64,000 nt of DNA from Promethearchaeota archaeon (GTDB lineage Archaea > Asgardarchaeota > Lokiarchaeia > Sigyniarchaeales > SOKP01): the NCBI GenBank assembly GCA_048939995.1, contig JBHLOY010000007.1, positions 32,001-96,000 of the forward strand. The letters run 5' to 3'. Made by a program: the position numbers and the translations under genes. Shown in pieces: positions 27,752 to 38,163 of this stretch (the first letter of the stretch is position 1; each line of letters begins with the position of its first letter). Below the pieces are notes generated by a model that had not been told where the DNA came from, ran no database searches, and was given only the letters and a program-made list of their open reading frames with translations.

Positions 27752-29026
27752 TCAAATAGGTGTCTCATTTCCCCAAAGATTTAATGCCTCTGCTAATTCT
27801 TGATGGCTTTTAGCATATTCCTCTACCGTTATTCCTTTCATATACGCATCAATAGCTTGCCTTAATGCTTTAGCACCACTTTCAGTGCCATTAGGATGAC
27901 CTAAAACACCTCCACCTGCTTGTACAACGATGTCAGTGGATAAAAGTTCCATCAATCTATGCATTATACCTGGATGTAATCCTCCAGAGCAGACCCCAAA
28001 GACAGGTTTTAAACCATGCCAATTTTGTTCAAGCATTTCAAATTCATTTCCATTTGATTCATTATAGCATTTTATATAATTACTTCTAACTTCTGTTCTT
28101 CCTCCTGCCAATTTTCCTAATCCCCCAATATGTAGTTGATCAACTCCTTGCATTCTAGCAATTTCAGCAAGAACTTTCATTGAGATACCGTGATCAGGAT
28201 TGCGATCAAAGGCTGCATGAAACGCCCTATGAGCATGAATTGCTAATTCTAATTCATCACAAACATCCCTAATCGTTTGTACAGATGACCAACCTGTAGT
28301 AAAGATATCTATCATCACATATTCATTGTTATAATCCTTAACTAATTGAGCCCTTCTTTTCATTTCTTCCACTTCAGCAGTTATATTTATTAAATAACTT
28401 TTACGCTCCCCAGTTTCATTTTCAGCCTTGTCTCTCATTTTCATACTTAATCTGAGTCTTTCTTTAAACTTATTAAATTTCTGGTTAGATAAGTTTTCAT
28501 CATCCTTAAGAAGATCTACACCACCTGACCATATCTTATACCCTTGTTGAGCGTGTTCTTCAGCATAAAAGCCCACTTTAGGCTTTGGAACTGTTGCCGT
28601 AATTGGGCGTTTATTTATTTCTAGCATCTCTCTAATTCCATTAACTCCATATTGGGGTCCTTTAAAAGACTTCAATATGTTTGAAGGCCATCTTACGTCA
28701 ATCAGTCTTAATCCTTCCAAAGCTTTCATCCCAAATACATTTCCTGCTATAGAACTTAAAATCTGGGGCATATTACCTTCTTCAAATAAATCATTAGGAT
28801 AAGCAATTTTTATATATTCTCCATCTATGTGATAAACTTTAGCACTTAGTTGACTGATATGATCAGGAACCTTTAAAGTAGTCCATGTTCCATTACTACT
28901 TTCTGCAGCAACCCTAATGGCTACGGCTTCAATTTTAAATCCTTTTGCTGGTTTGATCTTAAATAAACATACCAGATCATCTTTATTAGGAATATACTTT
29001 AAATCTAAAAAATCCTCATACTTCAT
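27752..29026 (-). CDS. rbcL: RuBisCO large subunit, archaeal form III
   Basis: AAESSNGTW, PKPKVG, KDDEN, HAHRA, QLHIG..GKL, SGGLH and AGGG; the catalytic residues are intact. Confidence 0.93.
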   Translation of the reverse strand: MKYEDFLDLKYIPNKDDLVCLFKIKPAKGFKIEAVAIRVAAESSNGTWTTLKVPDHISQLSAKVYHIDGEYIKIAYPNDLFEEGNMPQILSSIAGNVFGMKALEGLRLIDVRWPSNILKSFKGPQYGVNGIREMLEINKRPITATVPKPKVGFYAEEHAQQGYKIWSGGVDLLKDDENLSNQKFNKFKERLRLSMKMRDKAENETGERKSYLINITAEVEEMKRRAQLVKDYNNEYVMIDIFTTGWSSVQTIRDVCDELELAIHAHRAFHAAFDRNPDHGISMKVLAEIARMQGVDQLHIGGLGKLAGGRTEVRSNYIKCYNESNGNEFEMLEQNWHGLKPVFGVCSGGLHPGIMHRLMELLSTDIVVQAGGGVLGHPNGTESGAKALRQAIDAYMKGITVEEYAKSHQELAEALNLWGNETPI

Positions 29027-29037
29027 TTAATCTCATC

Positions 29038-29979
29038 TTATATTAATTCTGGATATAACTTGGTAAAATAGTAATGAACATGGCTTGAAGCAAATAAACC
29101 AGCCTCTGTTAACAATCCATCAATATATCTTCTACTTACGGTTTCAAATGCTGGATTTAGTATCTTTAATCCTTTAGGGGCATTTTCCCAAATTTCTTTT
29201 GAATCACGCATCTCTATTTTTTCCAAAATACCAAATGATGTCCTTGGATTATATTTTAATAATGGTGATGCTACATAAAAAGGGACATGTTCTTCATGGG
29301 CCACAAGAGCTAACAAGCGCGAACCAATTTTGTTTAACACTGTGCCCTCACTAGTAATACTATCTGCTCCAATTAAGATTAGATCAACCTCAAAATGGTT
29401 AACTGCCCATCGCATTGCGCTATCTATAACATGAATCACCTCAATTCCTGCATCCAAAAGCTCTTTAGCTGTTTTTCTTCCTTGCAATCTAGGTTGAGTT
29501 TCAGTATTTATAACCTTAAAATCCTTTCCTTGTTTTTTAGCTTCTATAAAAATAGCCGTTACCACAGAAGAGTGACAATGGGTCATAACAATAAACTTTC
29601 CGTCAGTTAATACATCTGGAAATCTCCTTGCTCCAATCTCTGCTATTCTGGCCTTTGCTGTGTGGAGCATCGTTTTATATTCATCCTTACAGTGAGAAAT
29701 TAATTCTAAAATTTTATTTAGGGATAATGTTTTTCTCTCTTTTTCTAATTTATTCATGAGATAATTAAGTCCATTGCTCATAGCTGGTTCCGTGGCTCTT
29801 GTTTCTAACAAAATTTTTTTAGCTTCTTTAAGCTTTTCAATTAACTCATCTATACTTAGATTTTTACCAATTCTATATGCGTAGTCATGCAGAAAACTAA
29901 TAGCGCTCACTGCAACATTCAAAGCCCCCTGTATTTCTAAAGACTTAATTTTTGCCGCATCTCTCAATAATTGTTCCAT
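29038..29979 (-). CDS. Ribose-1,5-bisphosphate isomerase (eIF2B/MtnA family)
   Basis: EIQGA, TRATE, MTHCHSS, ETQP..QG, GADSI..NKIGS and NPAFE; directly upstream of rbcL. Confidence 0.85.
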   Translation of the reverse strand: MEQLLRDAAKIKSLEIQGALNVAVSAISFLHDYAYRIGKNLSIDELIEKLKEAKKILLETRATEPAMSNGLNYLMNKLEKERKTLSLNKILELISHCKDEYKTMLHTAKARIAEIGARRFPDVLTDGKFIVMTHCHSSVVTAIFIEAKKQGKDFKVINTETQPRLQGRKTAKELLDAGIEVIHVIDSAMRWAVNHFEVDLILIGADSITSEGTVLNKIGSRLLALVAHEEHVPFYVASPLLKYNPRTSFGILEKIEMRDSKEIWENAPKGLKILNPAFETVSRRYIDGLLTEAGLFASSHVHYYFTKLYPELI

Positions 29980-30052
29980 TCTATAACACCTTGACTTTTC
30001 AAAAAAGATAAAATTATCGTTTTATAAAAATGTAAGGTAAAAAATTAAACTG

Positions 30053-30235
30053 CTATTCTTCAGTCTCTTCCTCATCACCAGGTTCAAAATCATTTGAATC
30101 AACCTCCAAATATAAATATCCAATGTATTTACATTCTGTACATTCATACATATCAGGTGCTAACCAACCTGAAACGTTAGTTGCATTCTTAAGTTTTGCC
30201 TTTCTACATTTTGGACATAGTTTAATTTTTGTCAT
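30053..30235 (-). CDS. Small Zn-ribbon protein
   Basis: CPKC...SGWLAP..YECTECKY.G with an acidic tail. Confidence 0.75.
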   Translation of the reverse strand: MTKIKLCPKCRKAKLKNATNVSGWLAPDMYECTECKYIGYLYLEVDSNDFEPGDEEETEE

Positions 30236-30396
30236 TTTTACGAAATTAAATTTTCATCGAATAAGATTATTTTAATTAGTACTGATAATAAGTCCATATA
30301 ATATATAATAGTAAATAACTTTTAGTCCCTAATACTATTTATAGTGAGTTAGTAATTTTTTTAAAATAAATGAGTTATTGTTAACCAAACAAGCAA

Positions 30397-32265
30397 TTGA
30401 ACAATAATTTTATGACCAATTCCATAAAAGATTTAGATCTACAAAGAAGAAGTTTGCCTAATGAACCAGGAATATATATATTTACCAATAAAGAGAAAAC
30501 CCCTCTCTATATTGGAAAAGCCTCTAATATTCGAAAAAGAGTCAATCAATATTTTTCAAAATCGACTTATACTGATCCTTATTATGGAGAAAAGATCAAA
30601 GAATTAATACAAAGAGTTGATTCAATAGATTATATCGTAACAGAGAATGAAAAAGAAGCATATATCCTTGAAAACATTCAAATCAAAAAATTCCAACCCA
30701 GATACAATGTTATCATGCGTGATTCTAAATCTTATCCATGGGTTGCGATTTTTTATTCTGAAGAGTATCCAAGAATTAGAGTAATAAGAGGTCCTGAAAA
30801 ATTCTCACAAGAGAATCTATTTTTAGGACCCTATACTGATAAAAAGGAAATAATTAGGATTTTACGTGATTTAAGAAAAATTTTTCCTTATTGTTCCTGC
30901 AAAAAGAAAGTAAAAAAGAGGCAGAGACCATGTTTATATTACCAAATAAAATTATGCTCAGGTCCATGCATCAGAGCGATTGATAGAGAATCATACTTAG
31001 AAAATATAAAAAATATTGAACTTTTCCTTAAAGGAGAAACTGATGAACTTAAAGAACAAATTAAAAACAAAATGAATAAAGCTTCTCAAAAGTTAAATTT
31101 TGAAATCGCAGCTTTTTGGAGAGACAAATTACAAGCAATAGATAACTCAACCACAGACCAGAATGTTCTCCTTAACATTAAGGAAAATAAAGACATAATA
31201 GGGTACTATAGTGATGAGAATCAAAACTTTATTGCGATGATCATCATTCATATTCGTGATGGGAAAATAGCAAATAAAAGTTCATTTAGTTTTAATTTAA
31301 AAGAAAAAATATTTGAAAAACGAGATGTTTTTCCTTTAATAATGGAGCAGTTTTACCAAGAAACTAAAAATAACTTACCAGATATTATTGTAGTCCCTGA
31401 AAGATATAAAAATATCGAAATATTTATGGCATTACTAAAAGATTACAAGAAACAAATTCAGAGTAGAACCCCTCTCGAACATGAATATGGTTTAATGAGA
31501 ATTGCACGGAAAAATGCGAAGGTATTAGTTCAACAAGAAATACAAATGGAGGAAATTAAAAATCAAGATCAAAATTTATTAGATCAAGCATTGAGTGAAG
31601 TTAAAGAAGTTTTAAGTTTACCTGATGAGCCAAAAATTATTGAAGGGTTTGACATTTCGAATATACAAGGAACTAATGCTACTGGTTCTATGGTTTACTT
31701 TTTGAATGGAAAACCATATAAAAAATTATATCGTCATTACAAAATTAGAACTAAATCTACTCCTGATGATGTAGCAATGATCAAAGAAATTATAAAAAGA
31801 AGATACGATATGCTTTTAGAACGAAATTTAGAATTACCGGACTTAATTCTAGTTGATGGGGGAAAGGGTCAATTAAATGCAGGTCTGTCAGTTTTAAGAG
31901 AATTAGGAATTGAAGAAATTCCAATAATAGGATTAGCAAAGAGGCTTGAAGAAATTTACATCCCTTATATAAAAAATCCTATCGTTCTTCCTTCTAGCTC
32001 ATTAGCTTTAAAGCTATTTCAACACATAAGGGATGAGGCTCATCGTTTTGCTGTAAAATTACATAAAAAACAAAGAGAAAAGCACATAAAAGGGTCCATT
32101 TTAGATAAAATTAAAGGGGTGGGACCAGTAAGTCGAAATAAATTATTAAAATTCTTTGGATCTATTGAAAATATCAAAAAAGCAACTACCGAAGAGGTTT
32201 CAAAAATAGTAGGAAAAAAATTAGCTGAAATCATATTGGATGAACTAAATAAAAAGAAAATATAA
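30397..32265 (+). CDS. uvrC: Excinuclease ABC subunit C
   Basis: GIY..YIGKA, Cys cluster, UVR domain, IEGFDISN, DGGKGQL, RDEAHRFA and C-terminal HhH. Confidence 0.96.
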   Translation: MNNNFMTNSIKDLDLQRRSLPNEPGIYIFTNKEKTPLYIGKASNIRKRVNQYFSKSTYTDPYYGEKIKELIQRVDSIDYIVTENEKEAYILENIQIKKFQPRYNVIMRDSKSYPWVAIFYSEEYPRIRVIRGPEKFSQENLFLGPYTDKKEIIRILRDLRKIFPYCSCKKKVKKRQRPCLYYQIKLCSGPCIRAIDRESYLENIKNIELFLKGETDELKEQIKNKMNKASQKLNFEIAAFWRDKLQAIDNSTTDQNVLLNIKENKDIIGYYSDENQNFIAMIIIHIRDGKIANKSSFSFNLKEKIFEKRDVFPLIMEQFYQETKNNLPDIIVVPERYKNIEIFMALLKDYKKQIQSRTPLEHEYGLMRIARKNAKVLVQQEIQMEEIKNQDQNLLDQALSEVKEVLSLPDEPKIIEGFDISNIQGTNATGSMVYFLNGKPYKKLYRHYKIRTKSTPDDVAMIKEIIKRRYDMLLERNLELPDLILVDGGKGQLNAGLSVLRELGIEEIPIIGLAKRLEEIYIPYIKNPIVLPSSSLALKLFQHIRDEAHRFAVKLHKKQREKHIKGSILDKIKGVGPVSRNKLLKFFGSIENIKKATTEEVSKIVGKKLAEIILDELNKKKI

Positions 32266-32271
32266 CTAATT

Positions 32272-33540
32272 CTATAAATATTCACTCTTTATTCGCGAAA
32301 GTATAGTGGCTATGATTATTACGCTTCCAAGAAGTATCAAGCTTAAACTTAAATTCCATGTTATCAGATATCCTACAACGGGGTATAAGAGTGTTCTTAG
32401 AAGGCTCGCAATCATATTAATTGCACTTAAAACTGTTGCTCTGCTTCCTGTTTCAATCTGTTTATTTATGCCTTTAACGAAAATAATGCTTCGTGAAAAC
32501 CCGAACCCAACTATTAAAATAATTAACGGAACACTGATTGGAATAAAGAAAATTAATGCCATAGATATAAACCCAACTCCTGGTATAATTGTGAACAATT
32601 GTAGAAGTCTTCGTTTATTATTAATTTTATTTTCAATGCTTGAAACTAGATTATTAAAGATTATCTGAATTATAGTCATCATGGCACTTATGAAACCATA
32701 GAATAGTATTTGAACATTAAGAGCTTCAAGATATATTTGATAGGTCCAAATCAAGAAAAACACCATAGATTCGGTGATTATCATTTCAACAGCTAATAAT
32801 CTTAGAATTTTGTTATTCTTAAGCTGTTTTAATCCATCTTTTATTATCTTTAAATAACTTGTAGATCTCTTTTTTAGCTTTTCTTGAGTTGGCTCTTTTA
32901 GGGTCAACGATATCATTGTTGCTATAAAAAATGGTATAACCATCATTGTCATCACTAAATTTAATGATAATGAAGCAGCTATAATTGAACCTAATGGTGC
33001 TGAAATTCCTATACCTAACAACATAAAGCTTCTGTTCTTAGCCATAATTTTCGAAATTTTATTTTCCTGATTCAATTTTTTTAATGTATCATATAAAAAA
33101 GCTTGATCTGAACCCGATGTTAAAGCAGCTCCAAAAGCCCACAAAGTTTCACCTATAGTGAAAATAACTATATGTGGATAAATTCCATAAATTAATGCTG
33201 CTAAAGCCGTTGAAATAGCTCCCAATGTTAATGAAAGTTTTCTACTCAAATAATCTGCTACTGCTCCACAAGGTATCTCTAGTAACAAAATCATCATTGT
33301 GAAGAAACTTTGAAGAAACATCACTTCAATGAAATTTAATTTCCCCCAAGTCATGAAAAAAGGCAAAAGTACTCCTGAAATGAAGTGAAACCCCATAAAT
33401 AAATGAAACAAATAGGATTTCCATATATTGAATTTCCATTGACCTAAATTAGAGTAATTTGACGGTAGATGCTCTACCTTTGGAGGCAATTGGGCTCCTC
33501 TTTTTATTAGCTTTTTCAATTCTGACATTTCTTCCACCAA
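32272..33540 (-). CDS. MFS transporter
   Basis: About 12 TM segments, with LEIPCGAVADYLSRK (motif A), SGSDQAFLYD and RATVLS. Confidence 0.92.
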   Translation of the reverse strand: MVEEMSELKKLIKRGAQLPPKVEHLPSNYSNLGQWKFNIWKSYLFHLFMGFHFISGVLLPFFMTWGKLNFIEVMFLQSFFTMMILLLEIPCGAVADYLSRKLSLTLGAISTALAALIYGIYPHIVIFTIGETLWAFGAALTSGSDQAFLYDTLKKLNQENKISKIMAKNRSFMLLGIGISAPLGSIIAASLSLNLVMTMMVIPFFIATMISLTLKEPTQEKLKKRSTSYLKIIKDGLKQLKNNKILRLLAVEMIITESMVFFLIWTYQIYLEALNVQILFYGFISAMMTIIQIIFNNLVSSIENKINNKRRLLQLFTIIPGVGFISMALIFFIPISVPLIILIVGFGFSRSIIFVKGINKQIETGSRATVLSAINMIASLLRTLLYPVVGYLITWNLSLSLILLGSVIIIATILSRIKSEYL

Positions 33541-33999
33541 TACTTTTTACTATTTTAATTTGGACTTTATTTCATTAAAATATTTGATTTATTTTTGCGT
33601 TATAATGACATAGAATGGAACTATCTATGAAGCAATGAATTAGCGAAGCTTATTGAGAAAGTAGATAAGAGAAACAGTTAAAGGTTAAGAGCGTAAGAGT
33701 ATTAAGTTATTGATCGTATTAAAAGTCTAATGCAATAGGGAAATAATTTATAATCCCTAATAACATTGTTATCATGGCAATAATCCGATAAATAGACGGA
33801 TTATGGACTAAACTACATTTCTCATTTATCCACATCCCTACTTTTTCTTTATTTGCCATGGAAAAATCAATCAAAATTTTAATATAATTAAATATTATTT
33901 AATAACTTAAAAATTTACTGCAAGATTCACATTAATGTAAGAAAAAAAAGGGAATAAAATGGGAACAAAAAAACTTACCTTACAAAGACTATGAAAAAC

Positions 34000-35430
34000 T
34001 TATTCTAATTTTGATATAATTAACCTTACTAATTCTGCTGTAACTTCGCAATACATTCTGGCAACTGAATCAGTCTTTGCTTCACTAATAACCCTAATTA
34101 TGGGTTCAGTATTAGAAGGGTGAATTAATACAAACCACTCAACTCCTTTACCAAATCTTAAATCATTATTAATTTCCATAACACTTTCACCCTCTTCATT
34201 TAATTCTTTTTTAACAGCATTGATAATTTTAGATAAATTGCCGTTCTTAAACGCAATTCTTCTTCTATAAGAGAAATATTTTGGAAGCTGAGAAATTAAT
34301 GTTGATATCTTCTTTCTTGTTTGGACTAATATCTCAATAATTTTAGCTGCTGCAAAAATAGCGTCTCTTGTATTATTAAAACTTGGAAACATTATACCTC
34401 CACAAGATCCCTCTCCTCCCAAAATTAAACAATTTTGGTATTTTTGTCTTAGTTTATCAATCTCTTCAATTAAAAATTTTTCTCCTATAGGTGTCCTTAT
34501 AATTTCGACGTCATACTTAAAGGCTAAAACTTCAAACATCAGTGATGATGCTAAATTAGTTATAAATATCGCTTTTTCATATTGATGACTAAAGTTTTTT
34601 AAATAATAATCTGCAATTAGAGCCAACCCTATATCCTCGGGATAACAAATACCAGTGTCTCCTATTAAAGCAAGCCGATCAGCATCAGAATCATGGGCAA
34701 AACCAATATCATACTTTCCTTGCCAAACTTCCATTATTAAATCTCGTAGATTTTGCTCTATAGGTTCAATATCTCTGGGAAAAGTTTTATTAATAAGTAG
34801 CTCATTATTAATTAACTTCAGTTTGCAACCTAATCCCTCAAGAATTTGAGGTGTTACATATTTACCTGCCCCAGCTCCGGTGTCAAGCACTACTCGTAGA
34901 TTATTGAACTTTTTAGTCTTTTCATAATTTACATTTTCATAAAGTTTCGCGATGTAATTAGGAATTGGGTTTAATTGAGTGATTCTACTAGATATATCGA
35001 TAGAATCTATATCATAATCTTTTAAGTCAATTTGACTTATACTTTTACTTATCTGTTCTAATTCAATACTACTTAAGAATGAATGACCCAATAGTATTTT
35101 TAAACCATTCCATTCTTGTGGATTATGAGATCCTGTAATAATAATTCCAGCAGGTATATTCAAATCTCTTTTAGCATGAATAATTACGGGAGAGGGACAA
35201 ATGCCCACTCTAATAATATCATATCCAACAGAAATTAAGCCCTCAATAACTCCACTTTCAATTTCTCCTCCGCTAGGTCGAGAATCTCTTCCTATAATTA
35301 CTCTCTTATCTTTTGCATGAAAAAATTGTCCAAAAGCTATTCCTAACTTTTTAGCAATTTTGTAATTAAGATCTTTGTTAACAATTCCCCTAATTCCACT
35401 AAAAGAAAAAATTAAATTATGATTTTCCAT
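34000..35430 (-). CDS. Phosphohexomutase (PGM/PMM/GlmM family)
   Basis: SGIRG, GRDSR, TGSHNP (phospho-Ser loop), DSDADR and PSNTEP. Confidence 0.92.
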   Translation of the reverse strand: MENHNLIFSFSGIRGIVNKDLNYKIAKKLGIAFGQFFHAKDKRVIIGRDSRPSGGEIESGVIEGLISVGYDIIRVGICPSPVIIHAKRDLNIPAGIIITGSHNPQEWNGLKILLGHSFLSSIELEQISKSISQIDLKDYDIDSIDISSRITQLNPIPNYIAKLYENVNYEKTKKFNNLRVVLDTGAGAGKYVTPQILEGLGCKLKLINNELLINKTFPRDIEPIEQNLRDLIMEVWQGKYDIGFAHDSDADRLALIGDTGICYPEDIGLALIADYYLKNFSHQYEKAIFITNLASSLMFEVLAFKYDVEIIRTPIGEKFLIEEIDKLRQKYQNCLILGGEGSCGGIMFPSFNNTRDAIFAAAKIIEILVQTRKKISTLISQLPKYFSYRRRIAFKNGNLSKIINAVKKELNEEGESVMEINNDLRFGKGVEWFVLIHPSNTEPIIRVISEAKTDSVARMYCEVTAELVRLIISKLE

Positions 35431-35441
35431 TTTTTTCAGAA

Positions 35442-36464
35442 CTATAAACCTTTACAGATTACTGGATTTCCTTCTAACTTGTATTTCACTAAAACCAAGG
35501 CTCCTCTTACACCAATCTCATCCAAATATTTTGTGACTTTAATATTAGGTGGATGATTAATCGTAAATTGAAGTGGCTCTTTCTTAAACTGTTCAACAAG
35601 CGGAGGAATAATTAATTCTTTATCTCTCATTAGAGATCCTCCAAAATAAACTGACGTACAATCGTAAAAATTGTTTACCAAACCTACTCCAATTTTATTA
35701 TAATACAAACTCATTTCAATAATACTTTTAGAAAATTTATCTGCTCCCTTAGCAGCTTGAAAAATTTCTTTTGTTGTAATGCGAGAAGGGTCATTATCTA
35801 CCATAAACATTAATATTTTTGAATTTAAGCTAGTCGTTTCCAATGCTTCTAAAGCTCTATTCTTTATACCCGTACCTGAGCTAAAAGTTTCCCAACAACC
35901 ATAAGCTCCACAATTACATTGGTGATCACTATGTGGTTCAACGATCGCATGCCCTACTTCAGCAGCATTTCCATCTTTCCCAATCAATAAATGACCATTA
36001 CATATAACTCCGCCACCAATTCCAGTAGACATAGTAATATAGACCAAATTTTCTTTTTCAAATTCTTCAGCTTCAAAATAATGAATACCAAGAACTGCAG
36101 AATTACAATCATTAATCAAATAAATCGGAATTCCCGGAAATCGATCTTCTAAAGGTTCTTTTAAAGGAATAACCTTAAATCCTAAGTTTGCGTTATTAAA
36201 AACCTCCCCCTTTTCTATATCTAAGGGTCCTGCTGAGGCAAGACCAATACCAATGACATCTTCATTATTTATATCATTTTCTACTAAGAGTTCTGATATC
36301 AAAAGAATAACTGAATTGACAATTGAATATTCATGTTCCTTTGGAGTTTTTATTGACTTCATTTTAAAACTTCTTTCATCTAGTTCTGCGGAACTTATTG
36401 CAACTCTAATTAATGTACCTCCTATATCTACCCCTACAATATACTTGTCCACTTTAATCACCAA
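35442..36464 (-). CDS. ROK-family sugar kinase (glucokinase-like)
   Basis: GVDIGGT, NDCN, STGIGGG and EVGH..CNCGAYGCWE. Confidence 0.92.
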   Translation of the reverse strand: MVIKVDKYIVGVDIGGTLIRVAISSAELDERSFKMKSIKTPKEHEYSIVNSVILLISELLVENDINNEDVIGIGLASAGPLDIEKGEVFNNANLGFKVIPLKEPLEDRFPGIPIYLINDCNSAVLGIHYFEAEEFEKENLVYITMSTGIGGGVICNGHLLIGKDGNAAEVGHAIVEPHSDHQCNCGAYGCWETFSSGTGIKNRALEALETTSLNSKILMFMVDNDPSRITTKEIFQAAKGADKFSKSIIEMSLYYNKIGVGLVNNFYDCTSVYFGGSLMRDKELIIPPLVEQFKKEPLQFTINHPPNIKVTKYLDEIGVRGALVLVKYKLEGNPVICKGL

Positions 36465-36496
36465 AATGAGTTAACAAAATATAATTTTTAATTAAT

Positions 36497-37285
36497 TTAA
36501 TAATATTCTATTTTTATTCGATCGTTATTTACAATTTCCTTAAAAATTTTAAGAATTTCCTTTTTCCGGTGTGTATCAATCGAATATACAAAATATTGTG
36601 CTGGGATCCTCGCAATTGAATAGATTTGGACTATATCTGGATTAATTTTTTTTATAGCTAAAGCTAGCTTTTCTATATTTCTATTATTATCATTTGATAT
36701 AAAATCTTCCCTATAAGAATTATAAAATAGACATTGAATAGCTAATTTAGATGTTTTTATATTTTTCTTTAATTTTTCAAGGGACTCGATAATGAGGTTG
36801 ATATCCATAGTCATATGGGGAGAATTTGTTCTTTGAAAATCTGAGTTTAATGCGGTATCTAATTTAGCAACGATTAAATCAAATTTTGTTAATCTATCGC
36901 GTATTTCTTGTGAGTATACAGTACTTGAATTTGTAAAAATAGTAATTTTTGGTTTTTCACCATTCCATTTTGCCTCTGCTCTAACATTAGCTGTTATCTC
37001 ATAAAACTCTAATAAACTCTCATTAAGGGTAGGTTCACCATTGTATCCAAAAGTAATCGAGTCTAAATGAGGAAAATGTTTAAAAATATCTTTCAATTCC
37101 ACTCCAAATTCAAGGCTAGGAGGAGCTTTAAATCTATATTCGGGTGGCACTAGCTGAATTGTGGGGCCAATCTCACAATAAACACAATTAAATGTACAAA
37201 TTTTCTGTTTGGGTAAAACATCTACTCCCAGAGACAATCCCAATCGCCTTGAAGGGAATGGGCCATAAGTATATTTTCTTGGCAT
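36497..37285 (-). CDS. Radical SAM protein (COG0731-like)
   Basis: YGPFPSRRLGLSLGVD, CTFNCVYC and GEPTL. Confidence 0.9.
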   Translation of the reverse strand: MPRKYTYGPFPSRRLGLSLGVDVLPKQKICTFNCVYCEIGPTIQLVPPEYRFKAPPSLEFGVELKDIFKHFPHLDSITFGYNGEPTLNESLLEFYEITANVRAEAKWNGEKPKITIFTNSSTVYSQEIRDRLTKFDLIVAKLDTALNSDFQRTNSPHMTMDINLIIESLEKLKKNIKTSKLAIQCLFYNSYREDFISNDNNRNIEKLALAIKKINPDIVQIYSIARIPAQYFVYSIDTHRKKEILKIFKEIVNNDRIKIEYY

Positions 37286-37294
37286 AAATTATAA

Positions 37295-38056
37295 TCAGTT
37301 CAATTCATCATTTAAGAATGTTTCAATTATAAGATTAACTTCTTTAGGTTTTTCGAGCATAAGCATATGTCCAGCTTTCTCAATTATAAAAAGTTGAGAC
37401 CTCTTAATTTTTTCTTTGAAGTATTTTGAATATTTTGGTGGGGTGAGATAATCAGAATCACCACACAATATAAGACAAGGTAGCTCAATGGTATGTGTTT
37501 TATCTAAGGTATCAAATGCATCGCATATTTTAAAATCTTGATAAGTTACTTGAGGGGCAACCTTAGATGTTTCTGCTCTATAAATATCAATAATTTCTTT
37601 TGAGGTTTTTTCATGAAAAGCAAGACTTAGTGAGTCTAAATATTTTTGATAATCACTTTTAAGCGCATCCAAAATATTTGGATTTACACGCAATCTACCC
37701 CCAGTTCCACAGAGAATTAAAGCTTTAACCTTTTTCGGATAATTTAAATAATAAGCTTGTATTATTGCTCCACCTAATGAATGCCCACATAATACAGCGT
37801 CTTCAATATTGAGATGATGTATGAGTTCGTTGAGAATATTAACATATAAGTCAAGAGATAGCTCAGAAAAATATTCTGATTTATTATGGGAAGGTAAATC
37901 TAAAGTAATAATGTTATAATTTGTTTTAAGACTAAATTGGTTTTTCCAGTCATTTGAACTACCACCAGAACCATGAACGAAAATAATTGCATTATTATTA
38001 TCATTTTCCTTAATCTGATAAAAAATTTTTTTATTAGAGTAGTTTAAATAAGGAAT
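37295..38056 (-). CDS. Alpha/beta hydrolase, about 253 aa, probably starting at ATT (the ORF track shows only the C-terminal half)
   Basis: The frame is open from ATT at 38056 and reads IPYLNY..IIFVHGSGG..W..DLPSH..CGHSLGG..D..AGH, giving a full catalytic triad. An in-frame TAA lies just upstream, with GGTG about 7 nt upstream. Confidence 0.85.
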   Translation of the reverse strand: MPYLNYSNKKIFYQIKENDNNNAIIFVHGSGGSSNDWKNQFSLKTNYNIITLDLPSHNKSEYFSELSLDLYVNILNELIHHLNIEDAVLCGHSLGGAIIQAYYLNYPKKVKALILCGTGGRLRVNPNILDALKSDYQKYLDSLSLAFHEKTSKEIIDIYRAETSKVAPQVTYQDFKICDAFDTLDKTHTIELPCLILCGDSDYLTPPKYSKYFKEKIKRSQLFIIEKAGHMLMLEKPKEVNLIIETFLNDELN

Positions 38057-38163
38057 TTAAGTACACCAACATCTTACCTAATTACTACTTAATAAAAATA
38101 AGTAAGATATTTTAGATTTTTTACTTTGAACTATAAATAAAAATATAGAGAAAAAAATATAGT

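Noticed and set aside
29038-29979. Call as translation factor eIF2B subunit
   Set aside because: The THCHS catalytic Cys motif and direct linkage to form III RuBisCO favour ribose-1,5-bisphosphate isomerase.
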